Origin: a virus
Taxonomy: Duplodnaviria; Caudoviricetes
Virus record (IMG/VR): IMGVR_UViG_3300008117_000709
Location: 1-24,565 of that record
DNA length: 24,565 nt
Direction: 5' to 3' (one strand)
The position numbers were made by a program, and so were the translations under genes. The notes under the pieces were generated by a model that had not been told where the DNA came from, did no database searches, and was given only the letters and a program-made list of their open reading frames with translations. Below are positions 8,902-15,874 of the stretch, piece after piece. Each line of letters starts with the position of its first letter. Within the stretch, counting starts at the first letter, position 1.

Positions 8902-8930
8902 TTGACTTGACGGTTTTTCTGGAAAACAAT
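8902..8930 (+). promoter_or_regulatory. Putative sigma70 promoter
   Basis: TTGACT-17-AACAAT upstream of GAGG RBS and ATG 8961. Confidence 0.4.
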
Positions 8931-8960
8931 AGGTCGTTTTTCTAACCATGAGGAATTTAA

Positions 8961-9278
8961 ATGTTATATTTTAAGGCCCTAACTCAAATAAATTCACCGG
9001 CAACGGCTAAGCAGGTGTTCGACAAGGCCAAAGAGATGGCCCCTCACAAGACGCGAGACCTACAGACCGTTCGGGCAGCGTTGGCCTATCTGGTGCGGAC
9101 TAATCGTGCCATTCGTGTCGGGCATGGACAGTACCAAGCCATACAGACCAACGAAAACGAGGTGATCAAACTGGTCGCAGAGAACCAGAGGCTACGGGAG
9201 AGACTGCGGACGCTCGCCAAGGCCTTCATGGTCATTATCGAGGCGAACGGCTACCAACTTAAAGACTTCGAGGGCTGA
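8961..9278 (+). CDS. Putative winged-helix DNA-binding protein with C-terminal coiled coil
   Basis: PATAKQVFD...TVRAALAYLVRTNRAIRVGHGQY resembles a wHTH; GAGGA RBS. Confidence 0.6.
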   Translation: MLYFKALTQINSPATAKQVFDKAKEMAPHKTRDLQTVRAALAYLVRTNRAIRVGHGQYQAIQTNENEVIKLVAENQRLRERLRTLAKAFMVIIEANGYQLKDFEG

Positions 9279-9280
9279 TC

Positions 9281-9550
9281 ATGTACGAGATATACGGCAG
9301 ATATAGAAACCTGAAACCTGTGGACATCGAGGAATGTCCGAAAAAAACTGACAAGCTCGTTTGGCGACGTTTAAACGATCAGGGCAAGCGCTACACCATT
9401 TTGGAGGCGCGGTGCGATATGAATTTCTCCGACTTATTTCAATCGGTGCGGGAGCTGCGCCAAGAGGTCGCAGAGTTGCGATTGAAACTCACCGAAACCC
9501 GCAACGAACTGTCGGACTTGAAGCGCAAGGTCTACGGTTCATCCACCTGA
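9281..9550 (+). CDS. Hypothetical coiled-coil protein
   Basis: GAGGG RBS, follows previous stop; heptad C-terminus. Confidence 0.65.
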   Translation: MYEIYGRYRNLKPVDIEECPKKTDKLVWRRLNDQGKRYTILEARCDMNFSDLFQSVRELRQEVAELRLKLTETRNELSDLKRKVYGSST

Positions 9551-9582
9551 TGGTCACTCCCTCATGTCGCAGCATGGGGGTA

Positions 9583-9612
9583 TTGACTAACACAAGCCGC
9601 TTGAATTACCTT
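9583..9612 (+). promoter_or_regulatory. Sigma70 promoter with perfect palindrome CAAGC-C-GCTTG in spacer
   Basis: TTGACT(9583-88)-18-TACCTT(9607-12); preceded by hairpin CCCTCATG/CATGGGGG (9559-9580). Confidence 0.65.
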
Positions 9613-9665
9613 CGACAAAACGAACAAACCCACCCACCATTAGTTAGAACGGACGGAGAAAGCAC

Positions 9666-9800
9666 ATGACCGACCCCGACATCCAAGAGCTTGTTGCTCG
9701 CCTGAAGGACTTTCTCGCCTACTGCGACGACACGAGCTTACCCCGCCCCGCCGGTATCCGGCACGAATCCATACCGGCAACGGAGCCAGAGGTCGCATGA
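9666..9800 (+). CDS. Hypothetical protein (44 aa, MTDPDIQELVARLKDF...)
   Basis: Hand-translated; GGAGAAAGCACATG start; ATGA coupling to next gene. Confidence 0.6.
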   Translation: MTDPDIQELVARLKDFLAYCDDTSLPRPAGIRHESIPATEPEVA

Positions 9801-9991
9801 AGAACTTTAAATGCGCTGACTGCGGCAAAGAGTTCAACGAGCCGCTGCATATCCACGAAAAGGAAATGATCGACTACGGCATCGGTCGCCAATGGGTCAC
9901 GCTCTGGGAGGGCGACGTTTGCCCTGCTTGCGAAAGTACCAACTGGGCCGACATTCCAGAGCCTGAGCCAGAAAACGAGGAGTCCGTATGA
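9797..9991 (+). CDS. Zinc-ribbon protein
   Basis: CADC...CPAC. Confidence 0.75.
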   Translation: MKNFKCADCGKEFNEPLHIHEKEMIDYGIGRQWVTLWEGDVCPACESTNWADIPEPEPENEESV

Positions 9992-10200
9992 ACAATTACA
10001 TTGTGTTGTATCGCACAGAAGAAATCATGTCCCCCTTTGACCCGCCTTTTGGGTTTGAGTGTGAGGCCGACGATGCTGACCACGCTGAAGAACAATGTTT
10101 AAACGCATACCCCGATAGCGGGGTGGTGTGGGTTATCGAAGGCGACGATTACCTCAAAGCCTTGGATCAATACTGGCATGAGAATGAAGTGATCTTATAA
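9988..10200 (+). CDS. Hypothetical acidic protein
   Basis: GAGGAG RBS, ATGA overlap; FECEADDADHAEEQC. Confidence 0.75.
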   Translation: MNNYIVLYRTEEIMSPFDPPFGFECEADDADHAEEQCLNAYPDSGVVWVIEGDDYLKALDQYWHENEVIL

Positions 10201-10221
10201 ACCACAAAGGAGATAGCACAG

Positions 10222-10371
10222 ATGAACAACAAGCAAAAAGCAGCGTTAGAAACGATTGCCAATTTTATCGAATGGTATTCAAGCAACGAAACGGAGCGCG
10301 ACCGACTGTGGGAAGCGGCGTGTGATTACGTTGAGCAAGACCATGTGCTGACGGATGGGGAGGCAGCATGA
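10222..10371 (+). CDS. Hypothetical protein (49 aa, MNNKQKAALETIA...)
   Basis: Hand-translated; AAGGAGATAGCACAG-ATG start. Confidence 0.65.
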   Translation: MNNKQKAALETIANFIEWYSSNETERDRLWEAACDYVEQDHVLTDGEAA

Positions 10372-10541
10372 AAACATACGATGTGACCATCAGGGCAACG
10401 ATTTATAAGACGATCAGGGTGGAGGCTGAAAACGAAGATGACGCTTATGTTGAGGCGCACGAGCGGTTTTCGGTGATGCCAGACGATAGCGAACGGTACG
10501 AAGAAGAAACGATGGATATTGAAGAAGTGGAGGCCGCATGA
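10368..10541 (+). CDS. Hypothetical acidic protein (57 aa, MKTYDVTIRATIYKTIRVEAENEDDA...)
   Basis: Hand-translated; GGAGG RBS, ATGA overlap; common phage 'VEAENEDEA' pattern. Confidence 0.7.
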   Translation: MKTYDVTIRATIYKTIRVEAENEDDAYVEAHERFSVMPDDSERYEEETMDIEEVEAA

Positions 10542-10660
10542 ACCCCAAAAAAAGCAATCGCCACCGATTCGACCCTGTTCCGCAGAACCAAAAAGACGCG
10601 CTGACCCTTGCTTTGAAGCTTGGGATAACGGCAACGAACGAACTGGGGATGAACCAATGA
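10538..10660 (+). CDS. Hypothetical protein (40 aa, ...PQNQKDALTLALKLGITAT...)
   Basis: Hand-translated; GGAGG RBS, ATGA overlaps on both sides. Confidence 0.5.
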   Translation: MNPKKSNRHRFDPVPQNQKDALTLALKLGITATNELGMNQ

Positions 10661-10749
10661 CCCCCACCGACTACGCTTTGGCTGAAACGGCAGCGTACGC
10701 CCTGCTTGTCTTTGCCGCCGTTGTTTATCTCTCTAGGAACCGTCTATGA
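10657..10749 (+). CDS. Small membrane peptide (30 aa)
   Basis: MTPTDYALAETAAYALLVFAAVVYLSRNRL; ATGA overlaps on both sides. Confidence 0.5.
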   Translation: MTPTDYALAETAAYALLVFAAVVYLSRNRL

Positions 10750-11459
10750 ATCAGCTCAATTTAAATCGAATCCATCTATCCCGCGCCGTCTGGCATCGCA
10801 TCTTTGAACACGCGGAGATGCTCTCTGCTTGCAAGGCTGAGATTATTTCAGAGGCGCAAGAACTGGACCGGCTACGCCCGAAGGCTCTGTACAACACCGG
10901 CTCCATCTCAGCGGCATCGGTGTGGGCTTTGACGGCTACGGCCTACTACTTTGCCCCGAAGGTAATCGCGGAGGTCGGCACCTTTATCGGTCGCTCCACA
11001 AGCGCGATGGCTCAAGGCTGCACTTACTCTGGGACGTTCTCCACGATTCACACCTGCGACCTGTCGAATGATATTGACCTGTCGGATGCGATGCCTTTTT
11101 CGTGGGGCGAGGCCGCGCTCGTTCAGTACCCCAAGCAAAGCTCTACGCAGATGTTTAAATCGCTTGCTGACGAGAACGTAAAGCTTGACCTGCTGCATCT
11201 GGACGGGCGCTTGACCGACGAGGACATGGCCCTACTGCCGCAACTTGTCAAAGACCAGACGCTTTTTACTCTGGACGACTTCGAGGGTCTTGAGAAGGGC
11301 GTTGCAAACGCACAACGGCTCATGCACACCTTGGGCAACGTCGCCCACTTTCTGATCTATCCGCCTGAGCGCGACACCTTGGCTCACTTTGGGCTGCGGG
11401 ACGGTTGCACGACCGCGATGTTGCTTCCGCGCTGCCTCTTTCAGATCACGGTGCAATAA
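10746..11459 (+). CDS. Class I SAM-dependent methyltransferase (Methyltransf_24-like)
   Basis: Motif I IAEVGTFIGRST, IHTCD, LDLLHLDG, FTLDD. Confidence 0.8.
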   Translation: MNQLNLNRIHLSRAVWHRIFEHAEMLSACKAEIISEAQELDRLRPKALYNTGSISAASVWALTATAYYFAPKVIAEVGTFIGRSTSAMAQGCTYSGTFSTIHTCDLSNDIDLSDAMPFSWGEAALVQYPKQSSTQMFKSLADENVKLDLLHLDGRLTDEDMALLPQLVKDQTLFTLDDFEGLEKGVANAQRLMHTLGNVAHFLIYPPERDTLAHFGLRDGCTTAMLLPRCLFQITVQ

Positions 11460-11461
11460 CC

Positions 11462-11620
11462 ATGAAACGCGAAAAACAACTGGCTGAATTTGTGGATCGT
11501 CTCATTGAGGACGAGATCCGGGCGGTCTACCGCAAGGTCTACGGGCAGGGCTTTTTCGTGGGCTTCGTAACGGCTCTAGTCGGCGCGATGGTCTTTTACG
11601 CCATCACGACAGGTGCTTGA
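11462..11620 (+). CDS. Small membrane protein (52 aa)
   Basis: MKREKQLAEF...GFFVGFVTALVGAMVFYAI; C-terminal hydrophobic helix. Confidence 0.6.
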   Translation: MKREKQLAEFVDRLIEDEIRAVYRKVYGQGFFVGFVTALVGAMVFYAITTGA

Positions 11621-11899
11621 GCTTGTAAAGCGCTGACAAGTAATGCCCCACAATCTCGTCAATGATGTTCTGGATCGCGCTTTCCTCGGCGTCGCAAAAC
11701 TCAAAGCGGCCTGTGGCGATACGGTCGAGCTGATCTTCCAGAAACTCCACGAGGTCGCGGTTCCAAGCTCAGGCAAGCCCTCGTAGAACTTCTGGGTCGC
11801 CTTGTGGACGGCGTACGACGGCGTATTTAAATGCACCGAATGGGCAACGTCCCTTGCCAAAAAGAGAAGGCCCACGAAGTCAGCGGCTTTCATGCTCAT
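11604..11899 (-). pseudogene. Ferritin/Dps-like DUF5856-type gene with internal deletion and frame change near 11763
   Basis: N-part MKAADFVGLLFLARDVAHSVHLNTPSYAVHKATQKFYEGLPEL; another frame continues NRDLVEFLEDQL...ESAIQNIIDEIVGHYLSALYKLKHLS*. The usual central D..AEAYQG segment is missing. Confidence 0.7.
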
Positions 11900-11943
11900 G
11901 GCAATAGCCTACCCCGAGGGCTGCGGAATTTCAAATGGGGGGC

Positions 11944-11983
11944 TTGCGTTGCCCCAAAGACGGGCATACACTCAAGCCGATTG
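11944..11983 (+). promoter_or_regulatory. Sigma70 promoter followed by operator-like CAAGCCGATTG
   Basis: TTGCGT(11944-49)-17-TACACT(11967-72); motif at 11973-11983 covers the expected start site. Confidence 0.6.
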
Positions 11984-12022
11984 GTTTAGCAAATCGTACA
12001 TACAAATAACTAGGAGAAGCAC

Positions 12023-12211
12023 ATGAACGGACGAAACGATGACCCTCGCCAGATGAACGACGAGGAGATGATGCAAGAGCTGGACCGAGCGATGGGTGAG
12101 TTCTTTGCGATGGAAAAGCAACTGGAGCAACAACTCACGCAGACCAGCGCCAAGACCCTACAGGCGTCGGCCAAGGCGATGGATCACTTCATGGGATTGC
12201 TGTTTAAGTGA
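12023..12211 (+). CDS. Hypothetical helical protein
   Basis: AGGAGAAGCACATG start. Confidence 0.7.
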   Translation: MNGRNDDPRQMNDEEMMQELDRAMGEFFAMEKQLEQQLTQTSAKTLQASAKAMDHFMGLLFK

Positions 12212-12212
12212 C

Positions 12213-12575
12213 ATGGCTCCGTTCCCTGACTTTCGGGAGCTGCGGGGGATTGCGCCCAAGGCCACGGTTCGCTGCGAGGTGTGCGGTACCGAGCATCGGG
12301 GGCGTTGCCATATGTTCCGCAAGAAGCCATACAGGAAAGCCCCGCCTCAAGAAACCCGCCGCTACAAAGAGGCCGCGAAGTTACATCAGCAGGTGGCCCG
12401 GGCGCGGTGGTGGATCAAGCAACTGACGGAGGCAGTCGATGAAGCAAGAGATTCCGGTGGACTCGGACGAGCGCGTAAGCCGCCCCCCGTTGCCCAAGAG
12501 CGAAAGAGAGTTGCTCGTCGAGCAGATCGTGGCGATGCAGCGGCAAATATATCTGATGGAGCGAAAGTTAAATGA
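12213..12575 (+). CDS. Hypothetical protein with CxxC...H...C zinc-finger-like motif
   Basis: MAPFPDFREL...RCEVCGTEHRGRCH; starts right after the previous stop. Confidence 0.55.
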   Translation: MAPFPDFRELRGIAPKATVRCEVCGTEHRGRCHMFRKKPYRKAPPQETRRYKEAAKLHQQVARARWWIKQLTEAVDEARDSGGLGRARKPPPVAQERKRVARRADRGDAAANISDGAKVK

Positions 12576-12624
12576 GATGGATCAAAAGGAAATGGCGTAC
12601 TTTCAAAGACCGCCTTCTCGTTGA
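12439..12624 (+). CDS. Hypothetical coiled-coil protein (overlapping)
   Basis: GGAGG RBS 5 nt before ATG; helical composition. Confidence 0.6.
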   Translation: MKQEIPVDSDERVSRPPLPKSERELLVEQIVAMQRQIYLMERKLNEMDQKEMAYFQRPPSR

Positions 12625-12709
12625 TTACGACTGGCGATGGGTACCGCCCCCAAACTACCGATGCTCGCGTGGCAAGCAGAGCGATTGCAGATATGGAGAT
12701 TACTGGTGA
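12572..12709 (+). CDS. Hypothetical Trp/Arg-rich protein (45 aa, ...WRWVPPPNYRCSRG...GDYW)
   Basis: Hand-translated; its TGA overlaps the GTG of the next gene. Confidence 0.45.
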   Translation: MRWIKRKWRTFKDRLLVDYDWRWVPPPNYRCSRGKQSDCRYGDYW

Positions 12710-12885
12710 GACACAAAGAGTACATGGTGGATCGGCTGCACGATGAGTTGGAGCGGCTGCGCACCGAGACGGCGAAGCTCAAGGCGGACTTTGAAAAGCA
12801 AGAGCGTGAACGCGAGCGGGGTGAGATTTTCTTCGCTCTTTTCATGTTTGGAGCGGGGCTCTTTTTAGGATGGGCATTGTTATGA
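12706..12885 (+). CDS. Coiled-coil protein with C-terminal membrane anchor
   Basis: GGAGA RBS before GTG 12706; IFFALFMFGAGLFLGWALL tail. Confidence 0.65.
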   Translation: MRHKEYMVDRLHDELERLRTETAKLKADFEKQERERERGEIFFALFMFGAGLFLGWALL

Positions 12886-13088
12886 AACTAGAAGTGTGCA
12901 TCGAAGGCGTGAGTGCCATTGTCCGGTCGGAGCTGAACGAAACGCTCAAGTGCCTTCAGGATGATTTAAAGCGCCGCAAGAAAGGCAACAGCATTGCGAT
13001 CTTTCACATGGACAAGGACGAGGACGTTGCCGAATTGCAGCGGCACATTGATGCGATGAAGTTGGTGCTGCGTTATTACGGAGAATGA
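12882..13088 (+). CDS. Hypothetical protein
   Basis: ATGA overlap; MKLEVCIEG...LVLRYYGE. Confidence 0.7.
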   Translation: MKLEVCIEGVSAIVRSELNETLKCLQDDLKRRKKGNSIAIFHMDKDEDVAELQRHIDAMKLVLRYYGE

Positions 13089-13089
13089 A

Positions 13090-13341
13090 ATGAAGAATCA
13101 TAAAGGTGTTTTTCTGCACATATTTGAGGATGAAGAAGGTGAATCTGTTATCAATTTTCAAGCGGAATTGCTTGGGATTGCGAACAACGTCGCCAGTCTT
13201 CAGCTTTACTCTTGGATTGACGGATTTCCAACCAAAGTCATTGAGATGCCGATGAAGGAGTTACTCTCCAAAAACATCATTTTTTATGACAACGAAAAGA
13301 AGTGGCGCGACAGCGCGGACTATTCTTGGAAAGCTAAATGA
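13090..13341 (+). CDS. Hypothetical protein (AT-richer than flanks)
   Basis: GGAGA RBS; VASLQLYSWIDG. Confidence 0.7.
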   Translation: MKNHKGVFLHIFEDEEGESVINFQAELLGIANNVASLQLYSWIDGFPTKVIEMPMKELLSKNIIFYDNEKKWRDSADYSWKAK

Positions 13342-13562
13342 CCCGCGACGACGTTATCAAATTGGCAGAAGGCAAAGGTTACAGAGCCAAGCCCTGTGTC
13401 GCAGACGGCATGATGGCGGTCAATGTCGGCAAGGCTGAGGACACCAACGAACGTATGCGTCTGACCGATTCGGGACAGTTGCTTGTGGTGGATGAGGGCT
13501 GTTACTGGCAGGTCGGGACGACTGATGAGTGGGCGAAGCATTTACAGGAGCAACCGCGATGA
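13338..13562 (+). CDS. Hypothetical protein (MTRDDVI N-terminus)
   Basis: ATGA overlaps on both sides. Confidence 0.6.
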   Translation: MTRDDVIKLAEGKGYRAKPCVADGMMAVNVGKAEDTNERMRLTDSGQLLVVDEGCYWQVGTTDEWAKHLQEQPR

Positions 13563-13870
13563 CCAACGAAGAACTAGACAGATTGTGGTTCAAGGCGATG
13601 CACCAATCTGTTGAAGAAGACAAAGCATTTATTCGTTACCACTTCGCCGCCCTTGTCGCTGCCGAGAAAGACAAGGAGATTGAACTACTGCGGGCAGACG
13701 CGAAACGATTAGATTGGTGCATTTCTGTCTTGCACTCTCAACGCAAAGAAGATTCATATCTGGTAACTGATACTGGGTGTGGTTGTTGTGGTGGAGGGAA
13801 ATACTTTGATTGCAGTATTTCTGGGCGAGACGCTATTGATGCCGCGATTCGGGCGAGGGGGGAGACATGA
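13559..13870 (+). CDS. Hypothetical protein (FAALVAA...DAKRLDW...CGCC...AIRARG)
   Basis: AGGAG RBS, ATGA overlap. Confidence 0.7.
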   Translation: MTNEELDRLWFKAMHQSVEEDKAFIRYHFAALVAAEKDKEIELLRADAKRLDWCISVLHSQRKEDSYLVTDTGCGCCGGGKYFDCSISGRDAIDAAIRARGET

Positions 13871-14033
13871 CTGTTGAAATCGTGTCTGAATATTGTTTGC
13901 TGCTAATTGTTGTGTGCTTCACCCTGTGCTTCATTGCGTTTACGGCGTTTCTAACGTCATGCGTTGCCCAAATTCTAATGGCGGGGTTTGGGGACTGGAT
14001 GGAGGCAAGGAAAAAAGCGATTCGGGCGAGGGG
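13844..14033 (+). repeat. 17-bp direct repeat GCGATTCGGGCGAGGGG
   Basis: Copies at 13844-13860 and 14017-14033. Confidence 0.9.
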
Positions 14034-14043
14034 CAGCGAGTGA
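13867..14043 (+). CDS. Small membrane protein ending in AIRARG (58 aa)
   Basis: Hand-translated; long hydrophobic stretch; ATGA and GTGA overlaps. Confidence 0.6.
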   Translation: MTVEIVSEYCLLLIVVCFTLCFIAFTAFLTSCVAQILMAGFGDWMEARKKAIRARGSE

Positions 14044-14717
14044 TCTCGACTTTTGTGTTCTTTCATGTGGGTGAGGACTTGTCGATGCCGACCAAGATGG
14101 TGGGGTCGTTGAAGTCCGTGATGCCAAGCGCTGAAGTCATTCAATGCTCTGACGAGGCCACGCCTGAAGTGAAGGGCGTGAATGAGGTCAAGCGCAGCAA
14201 GGGCGATGCGTCAGAGATGATGTACTGGCGCACAAGAGCGTTTGCCGAGGCCAAGATCACCCGCCCTGCGATGTACATTGATTCCGACATGATCTTTGTG
14301 CTGCCTGTGAATCCGGCTGCGTTATTGGCAGAGCGTGAGGTGATCTTCTGCCGCCGGTCGTTTGATCGGGACGCGGGGTTCAACGGTAAGCAGCGCGACG
14401 GGATGTTTAAACAGTACGATGGTATCCCGCTTGGGGTGTTGTACCCCTACCTTGGCTGCGCAACGATCACCAAGAACTACCATGCTTGGAAGGGCATGGC
14501 TGTGCTGATGGGGCTGATGAACCGAAACCTGCGGTCATGGTACGGCGACCAAGAGGCGCTCAAAGTGTACTCGCAGATCTTGTACCCCGAAGCCGTAGGT
14601 GAGATGCAGGAGCTGGACTACGCCTGTCTACCGGATAAGGCTCCGGTGGAGCATGTCCCTCACATCATGCACTTCAAGGGTGCGGCCCGTAAGCAAGCCT
14701 TTCTGAATTCGTTTTAG
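14040..14717 (+). CDS. Putative GT-A fold glycosyltransferase
   Basis: GTG 14040 overlaps previous TGA; DxD motif MYIDSDM, WYGDQEAL, IMHFKG. Confidence 0.75.
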   Translation: MISTFVFFHVGEDLSMPTKMVGSLKSVMPSAEVIQCSDEATPEVKGVNEVKRSKGDASEMMYWRTRAFAEAKITRPAMYIDSDMIFVLPVNPAALLAEREVIFCRRSFDRDAGFNGKQRDGMFKQYDGIPLGVLYPYLGCATITKNYHAWKGMAVLMGLMNRNLRSWYGDQEALKVYSQILYPEAVGEMQELDYACLPDKAPVEHVPHIMHFKGAARKQAFLNSF

Positions 14718-14726
14718 GAGACAGTA

Positions 14727-15032
14727 ATGGAAGAGTTTGACTATTTAAATATCCCCAAGCCCGAGAGCAGCGAAGAGGTCTGGTGCACGATTGGGGAGTC
14801 CGGGGAACTGGATGTGTTCAACTGGGACTTCGTGGAGAAGCAGGCTGCGGTGTACGACAAGCACCCCGGCAACTTGCCCCGCGACAACGTGCAGATCATT
14901 TGCAAGCTCGCGGTATTAATTCGCAAGCAGACGATTTTCAATTGCATGGCGGTCTTGAGCAAGTACGCCGAGCACCCGCCTGAAACGACTGTGATCTTTA
15001 TGCGCGAACCCGAGGTGAGCAATGATGAGTAA
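14727..15032 (+). CDS. Hypothetical protein
   Basis: AGGAG RBS; protein-like composition. Confidence 0.7.
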   Translation: MEEFDYLNIPKPESSEEVWCTIGESGELDVFNWDFVEKQAAVYDKHPGNLPRDNVQIICKLAVLIRKQTIFNCMAVLSKYAEHPPETTVIFMREPEVSNDE

Positions 15033-15198
15033 GGAAGACCCGACCCTGCGTGATTATTTTGCTTCGGCAGCGGTGCAGGGGTTGCTGGCGCGAGACGATC
15101 ATTGGCACAACCCTTGGGACATTGCCCGTGATGCGTACAAGATTGCCGATGCCATGATGGATGTACGCGAAGAGCGAACGGAGCGGGAAGATGACTGA
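15025..15198 (+). CDS. Small phage protein of the TLRDYFA...AY..ADAM type
   Basis: Hand-translated MSKEDPTLRDYFASAAVQGLL...AYKIADAMM; GAGGTG RBS. Confidence 0.75.
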   Translation: MSKEDPTLRDYFASAAVQGLLARDDHWHNPWDIARDAYKIADAMMDVREERTEREDD

Positions 15199-15874
15199 CC
15201 CGTCGCTTCGGGTGTTTATCGGGTGGGATTCCCGAGAAGACATTGCGTATCAGGTGGCGAAGAAGTCGCTTGAGTTGTACTCATCCATTCCGCTCGAAAT
15301 CGTTCCGGTAAAGCAAAACGATCTGCGCAAAGAGGGCGTGTATTGGCGTCCGGTTGATTCGATGGCATCGACGGAGTTCAGCCTCACGCGGTTTCTGACT
15401 CCACACCTCGCGGGGTATACCGGCTGGGCCTTGTTTTGCGACTGCGATTTTCTTTTCCGGGGGGACATCGCGACTTTGCTTGACTACGCCGACGGGGCAA
15501 AAGCGTGCTTCGTGGTACCGCACGACTACCGGCCTACCGAAACGGTCAAAATGAATAACCAACCGCAGCACGTTTACCCTCGCAAGAACTGGTCAAGTTT
15601 TATGTTCATCAATTGTCAGCATGAACAAGTTAAGAAGCTAACGCCAGAGATTGTGAACACGGTCACACCCGCGTATCTTCACAGGTTTGAGTGGCTGACT
15701 GACGATGTGATCGGGCATCTTCCGATTGCGTACAACTATCTTGAAGGGTGGTACACCAAGAATGACTGCCCGAATCCCATTGCCGTGCACATGACCCGTG
15801 GTGGTCCTTGGTTCAAGGACTGGGTGGATGTCGAATATGGCCGCGAGTGGATGGCTGTGGTGGCAACAATATGA
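15191..15874 (+). CDS. Glycosyltransferase (GT-A, CDI/GT8-like)
   Basis: VFIGWDSRE, STEFSLTRF, ALFCDCDF (DxD), YPRKNWSS, HMTRGGPWF. Confidence 0.85.
   Translation: MTDPSLRVFIGWDSREDIAYQVAKKSLELYSSIPLEIVPVKQNDLRKEGVYWRPVDSMASTEFSLTRFLTPHLAGYTGWALFCDCDFLFRGDIATLLDYADGAKACFVVPHDYRPTETVKMNNQPQHVYPRKNWSSFMFINCQHEQVKKLTPEIVNTVTPAYLHRFEWLTDDVIGHLPIAYNYLEGWYTKNDCPNPIAVHMTRGGPWFKDWVDVEYGREWMAVVATI

Noticed and set aside
10519-10749. 76-aa ORF from the track
   Set aside because: Better parsed as coupled ORFs 10538-10660 and 10657-10749 with ATGA overlaps.
660-11770. Programmed ribosomal frameshifting to explain the three frame breaks
   Set aside because: No slippery heptamers, directions differ (-1, +1, -1), and expected protein segments are missing, so deletion fits better.
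13893-14039. Long N-terminal extension of the glycosyltransferase in the ORF track
   Set aside because: This stretch is better explained by ORF 13867-14043; GTG 14040 has an SD and a GTGA overlap.
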